Assembly (NCBI GenBank): GCA_038207335.1
Contig: JBBQZX010000006.1
Location: 64,001-128,000 of the forward strand
Origin: Chthoniobacterales bacterium
Lineage (GTDB): Bacteria; Verrucomicrobiota; Verrucomicrobiia; Chthoniobacterales; Chthoniobacteraceae
Direction: 5' to 3'
Length of the DNA: 64,000 nucleotides
Below, in pieces: positions 30,593 to 39,667 of the stretch. The notes under the pieces were generated by a model. It was not told where the DNA came from. It did no database searches and was given only the letters and a program-made list of their open reading frames with translations. How positions within the stretch are numbered: the first letter of the stretch is position 1; the number at the start of each line of letters is the position of its first letter. Made by a program: the position numbers and the translations under genes.

Positions 30593-31843
30593 ATGTCATC
30601 AACTTCCACCAAACCCTACGCCCTGCTGCGGCGCGGACCCTTCGCCCGCTACATGGCCGGCGACGCGATCTCCATGATGGGCTCGTGGATGCAGCAGATG
30701 GCACAGGGGTGGGTAGTTGCGGGGCTCACGACGAGCGCCTTCACGCTCGGGCTCGTGAATTTCGCCTCCGGCCTGCCGATGCTCGTGCTCACGATGTTTG
30801 GTGGTGTGATCGCCGATCGTTACGACAAAAGGCGCATCCTCGGCGCGGTGCTGATCGCGCAGGCGGCGCTCGCGATCGCTGTGGGCTGGCTGGTCCGCAG
30901 CGGACACATTGAAATCTGGCATGTCGCGTTCGCCGGGATGCTGCTCGGAGTTTCCACCGCCTTCGAGGTGCCCGCCGCCGCCGCGATCGTGCCGGAACTC
31001 GTGGCGAAAGAAGAGCTGCAGGCCGCCATCGCGATCGACCGTTCCGTCTTTCACGCGACGCGCCTCGTCGGCCCCGCGCTCGGCGGATGGATAATCGGAA
31101 CGCTCGGCACGGCCTCCGCGTTCTTCGCAAACGCGGCCAGCTACTCCGCGATGCTGATCGCGCTTTTCACGATCTCGCCGAGAAAACGAGGCACCGATGC
31201 GGAGGAACATGCGCGGCAGAAAGGCGGAATGCGCGATGGCCTCGTGTATGTGCGCGCCGACGCGCCGACGCGCTCTATGATCGCGCTGATGACTGTCTCC
31301 ACGATTTTCATCGCGCCGTTTTTCATGGTGCTCTTGCCTCTGTATTCGCGGCAGGTGCTCGCTTTCACGCCACGTCAGCACGGGTTGCTGATGGCCTCCT
31401 CCGGCTTTGGCGCGCTGGTCGGCTCTGTGCGCCTGCTCGCGATTGCGCAGGCGCATCGTGCGATTTATTTGCGCTGCGGCGCTGGGCTGCTGTCGCTCGC
31501 GATGGCCGTGTTGTCAGCGGCGCGCGTGCTCGGCGTCGCGATGCCCGCGATGATCGCACTAACCATCGGCACATCGACGATCTGGGGCCTCGCAAACACC
31601 ATCGTGCAGGAGCGCGCTCCGGACCACATTCGCGGGCGCATCTCCGCGATCACGGGCCTCAGCTTTTTCGGCGTCCTGCCTTTCGCCGGGCTGCTTGCAT
31701 CGAAGCTCGCGGACTTTGCAGGGATGCGGAGCGCGATGCTCTCCGGCGCGATTTGCTTCGCTTTGTGCGCGATCTATTTGCTCCGCTCGAAACGTTGCAT
31801 CCCGGAAACCTGCGGCACTCCCGACGAAACACCGCCCGCCTGA
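30593..31843 (+). CDS. MFS transporter (MFS_3/EntS-like)
   Basis: About 12 TM helices, GSWMQQ.AQGW, motif A GGVIADRYDKRR, P.HIRGRI. Confidence 0.88.
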   Translation: MSSTSTKPYALLRRGPFARYMAGDAISMMGSWMQQMAQGWVVAGLTTSAFTLGLVNFASGLPMLVLTMFGGVIADRYDKRRILGAVLIAQAALAIAVGWLVRSGHIEIWHVAFAGMLLGVSTAFEVPAAAAIVPELVAKEELQAAIAIDRSVFHATRLVGPALGGWIIGTLGTASAFFANAASYSAMLIALFTISPRKRGTDAEEHARQKGGMRDGLVYVRADAPTRSMIALMTVSTIFIAPFFMVLLPLYSRQVLAFTPRQHGLLMASSGFGALVGSVRLLAIAQAHRAIYLRCGAGLLSLAMAVLSAARVLGVAMPAMIALTIGTSTIWGLANTIVQERAPDHIRGRISAITGLSFFGVLPFAGLLASKLADFAGMRSAMLSGAICFALCAIYLLRSKRCIPETCGTPDETPPA

Positions 31844-32425
31844 CTACGGCAGTTCCTTGAGCTGGATGTGCCGGTATTCCATCTGCCCGCGGTCGGCCTC
31901 CAGCCCGATCGGGCCGGTAGCCGGGACTTTGAGCGCGGCCTCGAGCACCTCGCCGTTGCAGGTGCAGTGCGCGACGCCGTCCTTCACCGTCACCTCAATG
32001 TCGTTCCAATCCTGCGCGCGATATTGTTTCAGTTCCTTATATGGACCGGCGACGAGGTAGTCGCGGCACTGGAGCTGCGGCTTGCGGATGAAAATCCCGC
32101 TGTCGGCATTCACCGCCGCGCGGAATTGCATCTTGAGCACGAAGTCTTTCGGAAACTCCTGCGTGGTCGAGAGCTGCCTCAGCCGCTGCCCGCCCTCATT
32201 CACCGGATTCACGATGAGCACGCCGTCCTTCGCCGTGTAGCGGCCATCACTCGCCTCGGTCTTGCCATCGAGTTTGTCGTCCGCCGTGTATTGCCAGCCG
32301 GTCAGGTCCTTTCCATTGAAAAGGCTCACGTATCCGGCTTCGGGAGTGAATTCATCGGCTCGCGCGGAGAGCGCAGGTGCGAGCGCGAGGAGGAGGGCAG
32401 GGAGGAGCGAGTGGAGGAATTTCAT
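31844..32425 (-). CDS. DUF1080 (3-keto-glycoside hydrolase-like) secreted protein
   Basis: Signal peptide; SLFNGKDLTGW, DSGIF.R, WN..E, G.IGLE, YR.I. Confidence 0.88.
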   Translation of the reverse strand: MKFLHSLLPALLLALAPALSARADEFTPEAGYVSLFNGKDLTGWQYTADDKLDGKTEASDGRYTAKDGVLIVNPVNEGGQRLRQLSTTQEFPKDFVLKMQFRAAVNADSGIFIRKPQLQCRDYLVAGPYKELKQYRAQDWNDIEVTVKDGVAHCTCNGEVLEAALKVPATGPIGLEADRGQMEYRHIQLKELP

Positions 32426-32544
32426 GCGACGGAGATTCCCCAAAGCGCGCCATTTTGAAAGCCGCAAAATGCAGACGCTCACGTCTCCCGCGCCTCGTTG
32501 CGATTCTCCTCTGAAATCTCCTGTGGTTTTCAGTGAAAAAGAGA

Positions 32545-32572
32545 TTGCCAAGCGAGAGTCGCCCGCTACTTT
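32545..32572 (+). promoter_or_regulatory. Sigma70-like promoter of the rpmI operon
   Basis: TTGCCA-N16-TACTTT, ending 9 nt before the rpmI ATG. Confidence 0.5.
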
Positions 32573-32581
32573 CCCCGCCCC

Positions 32582-32791
32582 ATGCCAAGATCGATCGCAC
32601 GTCGCAAGACGAAAAAAGCCGCTGCAAAACGGTTCAAAGTTACCGGCACCGGCAAGATCATGCGCCGCAAAGCCGGCCTGCGCCACCTCGCCTCTTCAAA
32701 GACTTCCAAGCAGAAACGCAAGCTCGGCAAGGACGGCGAAGTCCATGTAACCATGGTTCCTCGCATCCGCGAGTGCCTGCCGTTCGCGTAA
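32582..32791 (+). CDS. rpmI: 50S ribosomal protein L35
   Basis: KTKKAAAKRFKVTGTGKI...RH; directly upstream of rplT. Confidence 0.96.
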   Translation: MPRSIARRKTKKAAAKRFKVTGTGKIMRRKAGLRHLASSKTSKQKRKLGKDGEVHVTMVPRIRECLPFA

Positions 32792-32904
32792 GCGAGCGAG
32801 CCAGATCCGTCCGCCTGCCCGGCCTCTTTTGCCGGGCGATTTCGGCCCGCGAGACTGCGGATCTTTCACCCTAAAAACAGCGGGCCGACAGAAACCAAAA
32901 CACC

Positions 32905-33303
32905 ATGCCAAGAGCCACAAACGCGCCCGCCAGCCGCGAGCGCAGAAAGAAAGTCGTCGATAAAGCCCGCGGATTCCGCGGTCGCCGTTCCAAGCTGTTC
33001 CGCTACGCGAAGAACGCCGTGATGAAGGCGGAATACTGGTCTTATCGCGATCGCAAAGTCCGCAAGCGCGAATTCCGCAAGCTCTGGCAGCAGCGCATCA
33101 ATGCCGCCGCGCGAGCGCACGGGCTGACCTACAGCCGCTTCATGGAAGGCGTCAAAGCCGCGGGCATCCTGCTTGATCGCAAGATTCTCGCCGACATGGC
33201 CGTCACCGACGAAGCCGCTTTCAAAGCCATCTTTGACCAGGCAAATACCGCGCTCGAAAACAAGCGCAAGGACGCACCCGAGGCGAAGCAGAAAGCCGCG
33301 TAA
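32905..33303 (+). CDS. rplT: 50S ribosomal protein L20
   Basis: [40 protein letters not shown]. Confidence 0.97.
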   Translation: MPRATNAPASRERRKKVVDKARGFRGRRSKLFRYAKNAVMKAEYWSYRDRKVRKREFRKLWQQRINAAARAHGLTYSRFMEGVKAAGILLDRKILADMAVTDEAAFKAIFDQANTALENKRKDAPEAKQKAA

Positions 33304-33326
33304 CCCACACCGCGCAGAACCTTTCC

Positions 33327-33369
33327 ACAGCCTCGAATGCGCCCCGCGTGTTCGAGGCTGTTTCGTTTC
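33327..33369 (+). terminator. Hairpin/terminator between rplT and pheS
   Basis: ACAGCCTCGAA...TTCGAGGCTGT stem followed by TTCGTTTC. Confidence 0.6.
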
Positions 33370-33391
33370 TCGCCGACCCTTTCTTTCCAAA

Positions 33392-34405
33392 ATGGATCAA
33401 CAACTTGAACAACTCCGCGCGACGGCTGTCGTTGAGATAGCGGGCACTTCAGACGAGGCTTCGCTCGAAGCCGCGCGCATCAAATTCCTCGGCCAATCCG
33501 GCGCACTCACGGCGCTCAGCAAGGGGATGAAGGACATCTCGAAAGACGACAAGCCGCGCCTCGGAAAACTGCTGAACGAAGTCCGCGCCGCGGTCACCGC
33601 CGCGCTCGATGAACGCAAGGCTGCGCTGCTTGCGAATGCCGACGCGCAGGCGTTCTCCGGCGTCGATGTCACGCTGCCCGGCATCGCGCATCGCACCGGC
33701 ACTCTGCACCCGATCACGCAGCTTCAGGATCGCGCGATTCAGATTTTCCGACGGATGGGATTTGCCCTCGCCGACGGCCCGGACATCGAGACCGAGTGGC
33801 ATTGCTTCGACGCGCTGAATACGCCAGCCGACCATCCGGCGCGCAACGAGCAGGACACTTTCTACATGGCCGACGGACGCCTGCTGCGCACGCACACGAG
33901 CACCGTGCAGATTCGCACGATGGAAAAATCCGCGCCTCCGATCCGCATCATCGCGCCGGGAGCCGCGTATCGACGCGACGAAATCGACGCCACGCATCTC
34001 GCGCAGTTCACGCAGATGGAAGGGCTCTACGTCGATGAAGGCGTCAGCGTCGCCGACCTCAAAGGCACACTGGAATTCTTCTTCCGCGAGCTTTTCGGCA
34101 GCGATGCGAAGTTCCGTTTTCGCCCGCACTTTTTCCCGTTCACCGAGCCGAGCTACGAGGTCGATATCAAAGCTACCGCGCTCGGCAGCGCCGACCGCTG
34201 GCTCGAAATCGCCGGCTGCGGAATGGTCGATCCCGCCGTCTTTGAGTCGATCAACAAAGCGCGCGGTGACGCTGCTTTCGACCCAGAAAAATACACTGGC
34301 TTTGCCTTCGGCTTTGGCCTCGACCGCCTCGCGATGATCATGTCCGGCGTTCCTGACATCCGCTACTTCACCGACAACGACCAGCGTTTCCTCGGACGGT
34401 TTTGA
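33392..34405 (+). CDS. pheS: Phenylalanine-tRNA ligase alpha subunit
   Basis: FDALN.P.DHPAR..QDTFY, LLRTHTS.VQIR, FPFTEPS, GCGMV, GFAFG.G.DR. Confidence 0.97.
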   Translation: MDQQLEQLRATAVVEIAGTSDEASLEAARIKFLGQSGALTALSKGMKDISKDDKPRLGKLLNEVRAAVTAALDERKAALLANADAQAFSGVDVTLPGIAHRTGTLHPITQLQDRAIQIFRRMGFALADGPDIETEWHCFDALNTPADHPARNEQDTFYMADGRLLRTHTSTVQIRTMEKSAPPIRIIAPGAAYRRDEIDATHLAQFTQMEGLYVDEGVSVADLKGTLEFFFRELFGSDAKFRFRPHFFPFTEPSYEVDIKATALGSADRWLEIAGCGMVDPAVFESINKARGDAAFDPEKYTGFAFGFGLDRLAMIMSGVPDIRYFTDNDQRFLGRF

Positions 34406-34409
34406 TTTT

Positions 34410-36821
34410 ATGAAAATCTCACTCAACTGGCTCCGCGAACTCGTCGAGCTGCCGCCGACGACCAATGCCCTTGTCGATCTGCTCACGCTTGCGGGCGTCG
34501 AGGTCGAGGGCATCGAGACGCACGGCGTCGCCATCCCGAATGTCGTCGTCGCGCAGATTCGCGAAAGCGTGCAGCACCCGAATGCCGACCGGCTCAGCGT
34601 CTGCCAGGTCGATGACGGCTCGGGCGTCGCTCGGCAAATCGTGTGCGGTGCCAAAAACTACGTCGTCGGCGACAAGGTCCCGCTGGCGCTGCCCGGCGCG
34701 GTGCTCGGGCCGGATTTCAAAATCAAAGTCGGAAAGCTGCGCGGCGTCGAAAGCCAGGGAATGCTGTGCAGCGCGGACGAACTCGGATTGCCGAAAGGCG
34801 CGGACGGCTTGCTCATCCTCCCGCCCGATGCGACACCCGGCGCGCCTTTGTCTGAGCTGTTTCCCGGCGACACGATCCTCGATCTGGAAATCACTCCTAA
34901 TCGCCCGGACCTTCTCAGCGTCCATGGCATCGCACGCGAAATCGGCGCGCTCACTGGCAAACCATGGGGCGAAGATCACAGCGTCGATAAGATCGAGTCC
35001 GGCGTTCCTGTCAGCGTCTCGGTCGATGCCGCTGCGTGTCCGGTTTACACCGTGCGCCGCATCGCGGATGTCACCGTCGGGTCGAGCCCGGCTTGGCTGC
35101 GGCAAAAGCTCGAAGCCGTCGGGCTGCGCTCCATCAACAACATCGTGGACGTCACCAATTTCGTGATGCTCGAGCTGGGCCAGCCGCTCCACGCCTTCGA
35201 CGCCGACAAGCTCAGCGGCGACATCCGCGTCCGCACCGCCAGCGCGGGGGAGGAATTCGCATCTCTCGATGGGCGCACGTACCGGCTCGCCGCGGAGCAA
35301 GTCGTCATCGCCGATGGCAGCCGCGCGCTCGCGCTCGGTGGCGTCATGGGCGGCGCTGAAAGCGGTGTCACCGACGCCACGAAAACCATCCTGCTCGAGA
35401 GCGCCATTTTCGATCCCGCCACCATCCGCCGCACCTCGCGCGGCCTCGGCCTTGCGAGCGATTCCAGCTACCGCTTCGAGCGCGGAGTCGATCGCGCGGG
35501 CGTCTCTGGAGCATCCCAGCGTGCCGCCGCGCTCATCGTCGAGCTCGCGGGCGGCACCGCCGGCTCGCTATCTGCCGGATTCTCTCGCGAGACGCCCTTC
35601 GGCGCACAACTCACCTCCGCCGTCGTGGACATGGGCGGCGCGGTCCTCAGCCACGAAGTCGCGCTCCGCCACTCACGCGTCGAGCGCCTCCTCGGAGTCG
35701 ATGTGCCCCCCGCGCGTATCGACACCATCCTCACCGGCTTCGGCTTGCAAAAAGCCGACGGCGACCGCTGGCACATCCCATCATGGCGGCAGGATCTCAC
35801 CCGTGAGATCGATCTCATCGAGGAGATCGCTCGCGTTGTGGGCATGGACATCATCCCCGCCAAGACCCACGCTCGCTTCGCTCCCGCCAGCGCCACCGAC
35901 CGCGCCTACGACCGCGCCATGGACCTGCGCCGCGCCCTCGTCGCTCACGGCCTCCACGAGGCGCGCAGCCTCACCCTCGTCTCCGCCGAGCCGCGCGGCG
36001 CAGCCTTCACTCAGACCGCGCCGGGCACTCTGCAGCGCGTCAAAAACCCGATGATCGACGACCAGGTCGTCCTCCGCCCCAACCTCCTCCACGGCCTCCT
36101 CGAAGCCGTCTCCCGCAACATCCGGGCCGGCGCGAAAACCATCCGCCTCTTCGAAATCGGCCGCACATTCTCCACCCTCGCCCCCGAGGAATTCGCCCAC
36201 GCCGCCCTCGTCCTCAGCGGCCCCGCCCGCGCCCGCACATGGCGCGGCGCCGAGAGCCCAGACGCCGACCTCTACGCCCTCAAAGGCATCGTCGCTGCGG
36301 TCATCGGCCACGGCGTCACCTTCGAGCCCGAGGAAAATCCCGCCCTCGCGCTCTCCCTCGCCATCAAAGTCAACGGCCAGCCCTTCGGCCTCGCCGGCCA
36401 GCTCTGGCCCGCCGACTCCCGCGCCCTCGATGGCACCGCGCCCGTCCTCTTCGCCGAGCTCGACCTCGCCGCCCTCCAGCACGCGCGCACCGCCATCGCC
36501 GGGCAGGGCAGGTACCGCGAGATCCCGCGCTTCCCAGCCACCTCGCGGGACATTGCACTCCTCGCCCCGCGCGACCTCGCACACGCCTCCGTCGAACGCG
36601 TCCTCCGCACCGCCGAGCAGTCCCTCCTAGCCCACATCGAGCTCTTCGACCTCTTCACCGACCCCACCGGCGAAAAGCTCCCCGCCGACAAAAAATCCCT
36701 CGCCTACTCGTTGACATACCGCGCGCAGGATCGGACACTCACAGCTGACGAAGTGAACGCCGCCCACGGGCAGCTCCGAGAGCGATTAAAAGCCCAGCTC
36801 GGCGTCACCTTCCGCGAGTAG
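34410..36821 (+). CDS. pheT: Phenylalanine-tRNA ligase beta subunit
   Basis: MKISLNWL, HPNADRL, IVCGA, ITPNR.D, NNIVDVTN, QPLHAFD, RFERG, DLIEEIAR and a C-terminal FDX-ACB domain. Confidence 0.97.
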   Translation: MKISLNWLRELVELPPTTNALVDLLTLAGVEVEGIETHGVAIPNVVVAQIRESVQHPNADRLSVCQVDDGSGVARQIVCGAKNYVVGDKVPLALPGAVLGPDFKIKVGKLRGVESQGMLCSADELGLPKGADGLLILPPDATPGAPLSELFPGDTILDLEITPNRPDLLSVHGIAREIGALTGKPWGEDHSVDKIESGVPVSVSVDAAACPVYTVRRIADVTVGSSPAWLRQKLEAVGLRSINNIVDVTNFVMLELGQPLHAFDADKLSGDIRVRTASAGEEFASLDGRTYRLAAEQVVIADGSRALALGGVMGGAESGVTDATKTILLESAIFDPATIRRTSRGLGLASDSSYRFERGVDRAGVSGASQRAAALIVELAGGTAGSLSAGFSRETPFGAQLTSAVVDMGGAVLSHEVALRHSRVERLLGVDVPPARIDTILTGFGLQKADGDRWHIPSWRQDLTREIDLIEEIARVVGMDIIPAKTHARFAPASATDRAYDRAMDLRRALVAHGLHEARSLTLVSAEPRGAAFTQTAPGTLQRVKNPMIDDQVVLRPNLLHGLLEAVSRNIRAGAKTIRLFEIGRTFSTLAPEEFAHAALVLSGPARARTWRGAESPDADLYALKGIVAAVIGHGVTFEPEENPALALSLAIKVNGQPFGLAGQLWPADSRALDGTAPVLFAELDLAALQHARTAIAGQGRYREIPRFPATSRDIALLAPRDLAHASVERVLRTAEQSLLAHIELFDLFTDPTGEKLPADKKSLAYSLTYRAQDRTLTADEVNAAHGQLRERLKAQLGVTFRE

Positions 36822-36879
36822 TTCTTTTCCAGAAAAGCCGAGCGAAGGGAGAAAATCCCGCCCCTCTGCTTCAACCAAT

Positions 36880-37060
36880 TTGCCCTGCGTTGTGCGACCA
36901 ATCGGCGGAAATCCCGATCCGGTATTTAACACAACTCAGGAGGCCGGGGTGGGCGGTCAATGTCATGCCTTCGTTGGAAGACAAGCACCCGTCTCAGGTC
37001 ATCCGCCCGTTACCCTTAGGGGGAACGTGGAACTCCGTCGCGACGGCAATCGCGGGGCAA
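36880..37060 (+). ncRNA. ssrS: 6S RNA
   Basis: 181-nt rod. TTGCCCTGCG pairs with CGCGGGGCAA, GCGAC with GTCGC and CGGA with TCCG. There is a central A-rich bubble (TATTTAACACAACTCA) and an apical stem GGA-GGCC-GGGGTGGG / CCCGTCTC-AGGTC-ATCC. It sits just after pheT and is followed by a terminator. Confidence 0.8.
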
Positions 37061-37061
37061 T

Positions 37062-37115
37062 ATAAGGCGTCTCGGGCACGGCTGCTGATTGCCAGCCCGG
37101 GGCGCCTTATTTTTT
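37062..37115 (+). terminator. Intrinsic terminator after the 6S RNA
   Basis: ATAAGGCGTCTCGGGC ... GCCCGGGGCGCCTTAT stem followed by TTTTT. Confidence 0.75.
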
Positions 37116-37390
37116 GGAAAAGTCCAACTTCGCCTGCTCGGGAGGCGGTGAGGGGAACGCTCCAGTCCAAGCGAGTGCGGTTCACCCGCTACACTGACAG
37201 CACAACAGTGTCGTCTCGCATCGAGCAAATATCTTGCGAATAGGCACTTGGAATAATTATTACGCTAATAAGATATTCTTGTAGACGTGATGCTTGCGGA
37301 AATGATTTAAGCCATTGTCAGCGAGCCTGGCTTACTTTTTGCCCTCGGCTTCGTTGCTTGGCACAACTCTCCACAGCGCCCGGGGGGACG

Positions 37391-37462
37391 TGCGACGTGA
37401 GGGGATCGAACCCCCGACCCATTCCGTGTAAAGGAATCGCTCTACCGCTGAGCTAACGTCGC
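37391..37462 (-). tRNA. tRNA-Val(TAC)
   Basis: Minus strand GCGACGT...ACGTCGC-A, anticodon loop TTTACAC, GTTCGATCC T-loop; CCA not encoded. Confidence 0.95.
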
Positions 37463-37515
37463 GGACGGGGGAAGGTGCCGGGATGCAAGGGATTTTGCAA
37501 GGTGCTTTGAGAGGG

Positions 37516-38565
37516 TCACGAGGCGCGGAGGGCCCAGCGGAGTTTGGCACTGCTGGAGCGGGGGTTTTCGTGGAGTTCGGCGGGCGTAGGTCGGGTGACG
37601 TCTTCGGCGATAGCGGCGTAGTGGCCGGTGCGGTGGCCGGCTTTGAATGCGTGTTTGACGCGGCGGTCTTCGCCGGAGTGGAAGGTGAGGATGGCGGCGC
37701 GCCCGCCGGGGGCGAGGCAGGCGGGGAGGTGGCGGAGGAAGGTTTCGAGGGCGCCGAATTCGTCGTTGACGGCGATGCGGAGGGCTTGGAAGACGCGGCG
37801 AATGGTATCGTCGGGGCTCACGCCGGTGCTGGTACAGGTGAGGCGGATGATTTTCGCGAGGCCAGTGGTGGTGGCGATGGGTGCGCGCTCGCGGGCGACG
37901 ATGAGGGCGCGGGCGATGTGGGGGGCGCGGGGCTCGTCGGCGTTTTCGGTGAGCAGCGCGACGAGGTCAGGCTCGGGGATGTTGTCGAGGAGGGCGCTCG
38001 CGGACTGGGCGCGGGCGGGGTTCATGCGGAGGTCGAGGGGGCCTTCGCGCTTGAAGGTGAAGCCGCGGGCGGGGTCGTCGATCTGCATGGATGAGACGCC
38101 AAGGTCGGCGAGGAGGAGGTCAGCACCGCGCGGGGCCTCGGCGGCGAGGAACTGCGGGAGGCCGGCGAAATTCATGCGGCGGATGAGGAGGGTGTCGCCG
38201 CGGAGGGGGAGGGCGCGGAGGCGGGCCTCGGTTTTGGGGAGTTCGATGGGGTCGGTATCGATGGCGATGAGGCGGCCGCCGGGCTGGACTGCGCGCCAGA
38301 GCTCGCGAGCGTGGCCGCCGTAGCCGAGGGTGCAATCGACGGCGGTGTCGCCGGGGCGCGGGGCGAGGGCGTAGAGGATTTCGCGGACCATGATGGGCCG
38401 GTGGGTGCCGGCGGGGGTCTTACCGCTGGCGAGGATTTTCTCGACGTCGGCGGCGTAGCGCTCGGGCTGCTGTTCTTTGTATTTGTCGGCGAAGGTGCGC
38501 GGGTGGGTGCCGCGGTAGCGCGTGCGGCGCGGGGGGCGGCTTTCGCCCGGTGGGTCGTCGCTCAC
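37516..38565 (-). CDS. rsmH: RsmH/MraW-family 16S rRNA m4C1402 methyltransferase with an N-terminal extension
   Basis: H.PIMV.E, DCTLGYGGH, DLGVSSMQID...RGF, PLDLRM, FQALRIAVNDE, TFHSGEDR.VK, NPRS.SAKLR. Confidence 0.88.
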   Translation of the reverse strand: MSDDPPGESRPPRRTRYRGTHPRTFADKYKEQQPERYAADVEKILASGKTPAGTHRPIMVREILYALAPRPGDTAVDCTLGYGGHARELWRAVQPGGRLIAIDTDPIELPKTEARLRALPLRGDTLLIRRMNFAGLPQFLAAEAPRGADLLLADLGVSSMQIDDPARGFTFKREGPLDLRMNPARAQSASALLDNIPEPDLVALLTENADEPRAPHIARALIVARERAPIATTTGLAKIIRLTCTSTGVSPDDTIRRVFQALRIAVNDEFGALETFLRHLPACLAPGGRAAILTFHSGEDRRVKHAFKAGHRTGHYAAIAEDVTRPTPAELHENPRSSSAKLRWALRAS

Positions 38566-38650
38566 GGTTTCGCGATTTTACGGCAACCGCTTCGATTCCG
38601 GGCAGGCGAAGCTTTCGCCATGCGAATGATTCCGTCGCTGGCTTCGTTCC

Positions 38651-39637
38651 TCACGGGTTGGCTTTCGTCGCTTCCAACTCGAGGTGTGTTTCCTCGAGTT
38701 CCGCGGCGTGTTTTGCCGCTAACTCGCGGATCCTCTTTTCACTTTCGTCGGCTTTCGCTTTTGCTTCGTCAATCGGGAGGCCTTTCGCGATGCCGGGGCG
38801 AAGATGGCCGGTATCGGTGAGCCACGCGTCGCCGAGGATGCGTCCGCGTTGGTGGATCAGCTCGAAAAACTCTTTCTGTCGCTCGCCCTTGGGTACCTCG
38901 AAGCCATACGCCCTAAGAGGAAGGTCATACGAAGGTGCGATCGAATCGATGAGAGCTCTCGCGATGACGCGATGTCCGGTGGGACTGGGATGGACGCCGT
39001 CTTTTGAAAAATAAAACCCGGGGTCGGCGGCGCGATGGCGGGCGAGTTCTGCGTTCATGGGGCCGTGGATGTCGATGACGCGCCAGCCATTCGCGCGCTG
39101 TTCGAGCAGCCAGGCGGAGTAGCGATCGAGGACGTCGTTGTAGTTGAATTTTCCCTCCGCCGGATGGGGCCCTAGGTCGAAGGTCGGCGGCGTCAGATGG
39201 ATGATTTGTGCGCCCGCCGCGGCGACTTTTTCGTGGAGCCGTGTCATGCCCTCGCGGAATTTGGCGAAGCGGGTTTCGTCGAGGGGGAGGTAGATGCCGT
39301 CGTTCATGCCGTAGCAGGCGAACACGAGGTCGGGCTTGGTCTTGGCGAGGATGCGGTCGATGCGCTCGGCGAGGTCGGGGCGCGGGAATTTGCCGCCGGC
39401 GTGACCTTGCTCGGAAAGGCCGGAGACGGTCTCGCTGGCGAGGCCGAGATTCATGACGTCGATGTGGCGCTTGGGGAATTTGGTGAAGAGGAAGGCCTCG
39501 AAGTCGTCCACGTACTGGCCGCTCTGGGTGATGCTGTCGCCGAGGAAGAGGATGCGCTGGATGCCGGGGAGGAAGTCATCGGCGCCGGCGGCGAGCGCGG
39601 TGAGGAGGCAGGCGGCGAGGAGGAAAAAGGTGCGCAT
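38651..39637 (-). CDS. Secreted SGNH/GDSL hydrolase
   Basis: Signal peptide; FLGDSIT, G, YGMND, DGVHP. Confidence 0.9.
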   Translation of the reverse strand: MRTFFLLAACLLTALAAGADDFLPGIQRILFLGDSITQSGQYVDDFEAFLFTKFPKRHIDVMNLGLASETVSGLSEQGHAGGKFPRPDLAERIDRILAKTKPDLVFACYGMNDGIYLPLDETRFAKFREGMTRLHEKVAAAGAQIIHLTPPTFDLGPHPAEGKFNYNDVLDRYSAWLLEQRANGWRVIDIHGPMNAELARHRAADPGFYFSKDGVHPSPTGHRVIARALIDSIAPSYDLPLRAYGFEVPKGERQKEFFELIHQRGRILGDAWLTDTGHLRPGIAKGLPIDEAKAKADESEKRIRELAAKHAAELEETHLELEATKANP

Positions 39638-39667
39638 GGGAGTGAGTGGATGAGTCGGTGAGGGGTA

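Noticed and set aside
32426..32581. Missing infC or an L20-leader/pheS attenuator
   Set aside because: rpmI appears to have its own promoter immediately upstream. No leader RNA or Phe-rich leader peptide is visible, and separation from infC is not unusual.
36890..37243. 117-aa ORF downstream of pheT
   Set aside because: It overlaps the 6S-like RNA and its terminator, has atypical codon usage and shows no motifs.
37246..37290. Possible dif (XerCD) site in the AT-rich patch
   Set aside because: No convincing TTATGTTAAAT-like XerD arm at 6-bp spacing, and the skew polarity is opposite to a terminus.
10230..37462. Prophage or integrative island at tRNA-Ser, tRNA-Arg or tRNA-Val
   Set aside because: No integrase, phage genes or duplicated tRNA 3' ends were seen in the window.
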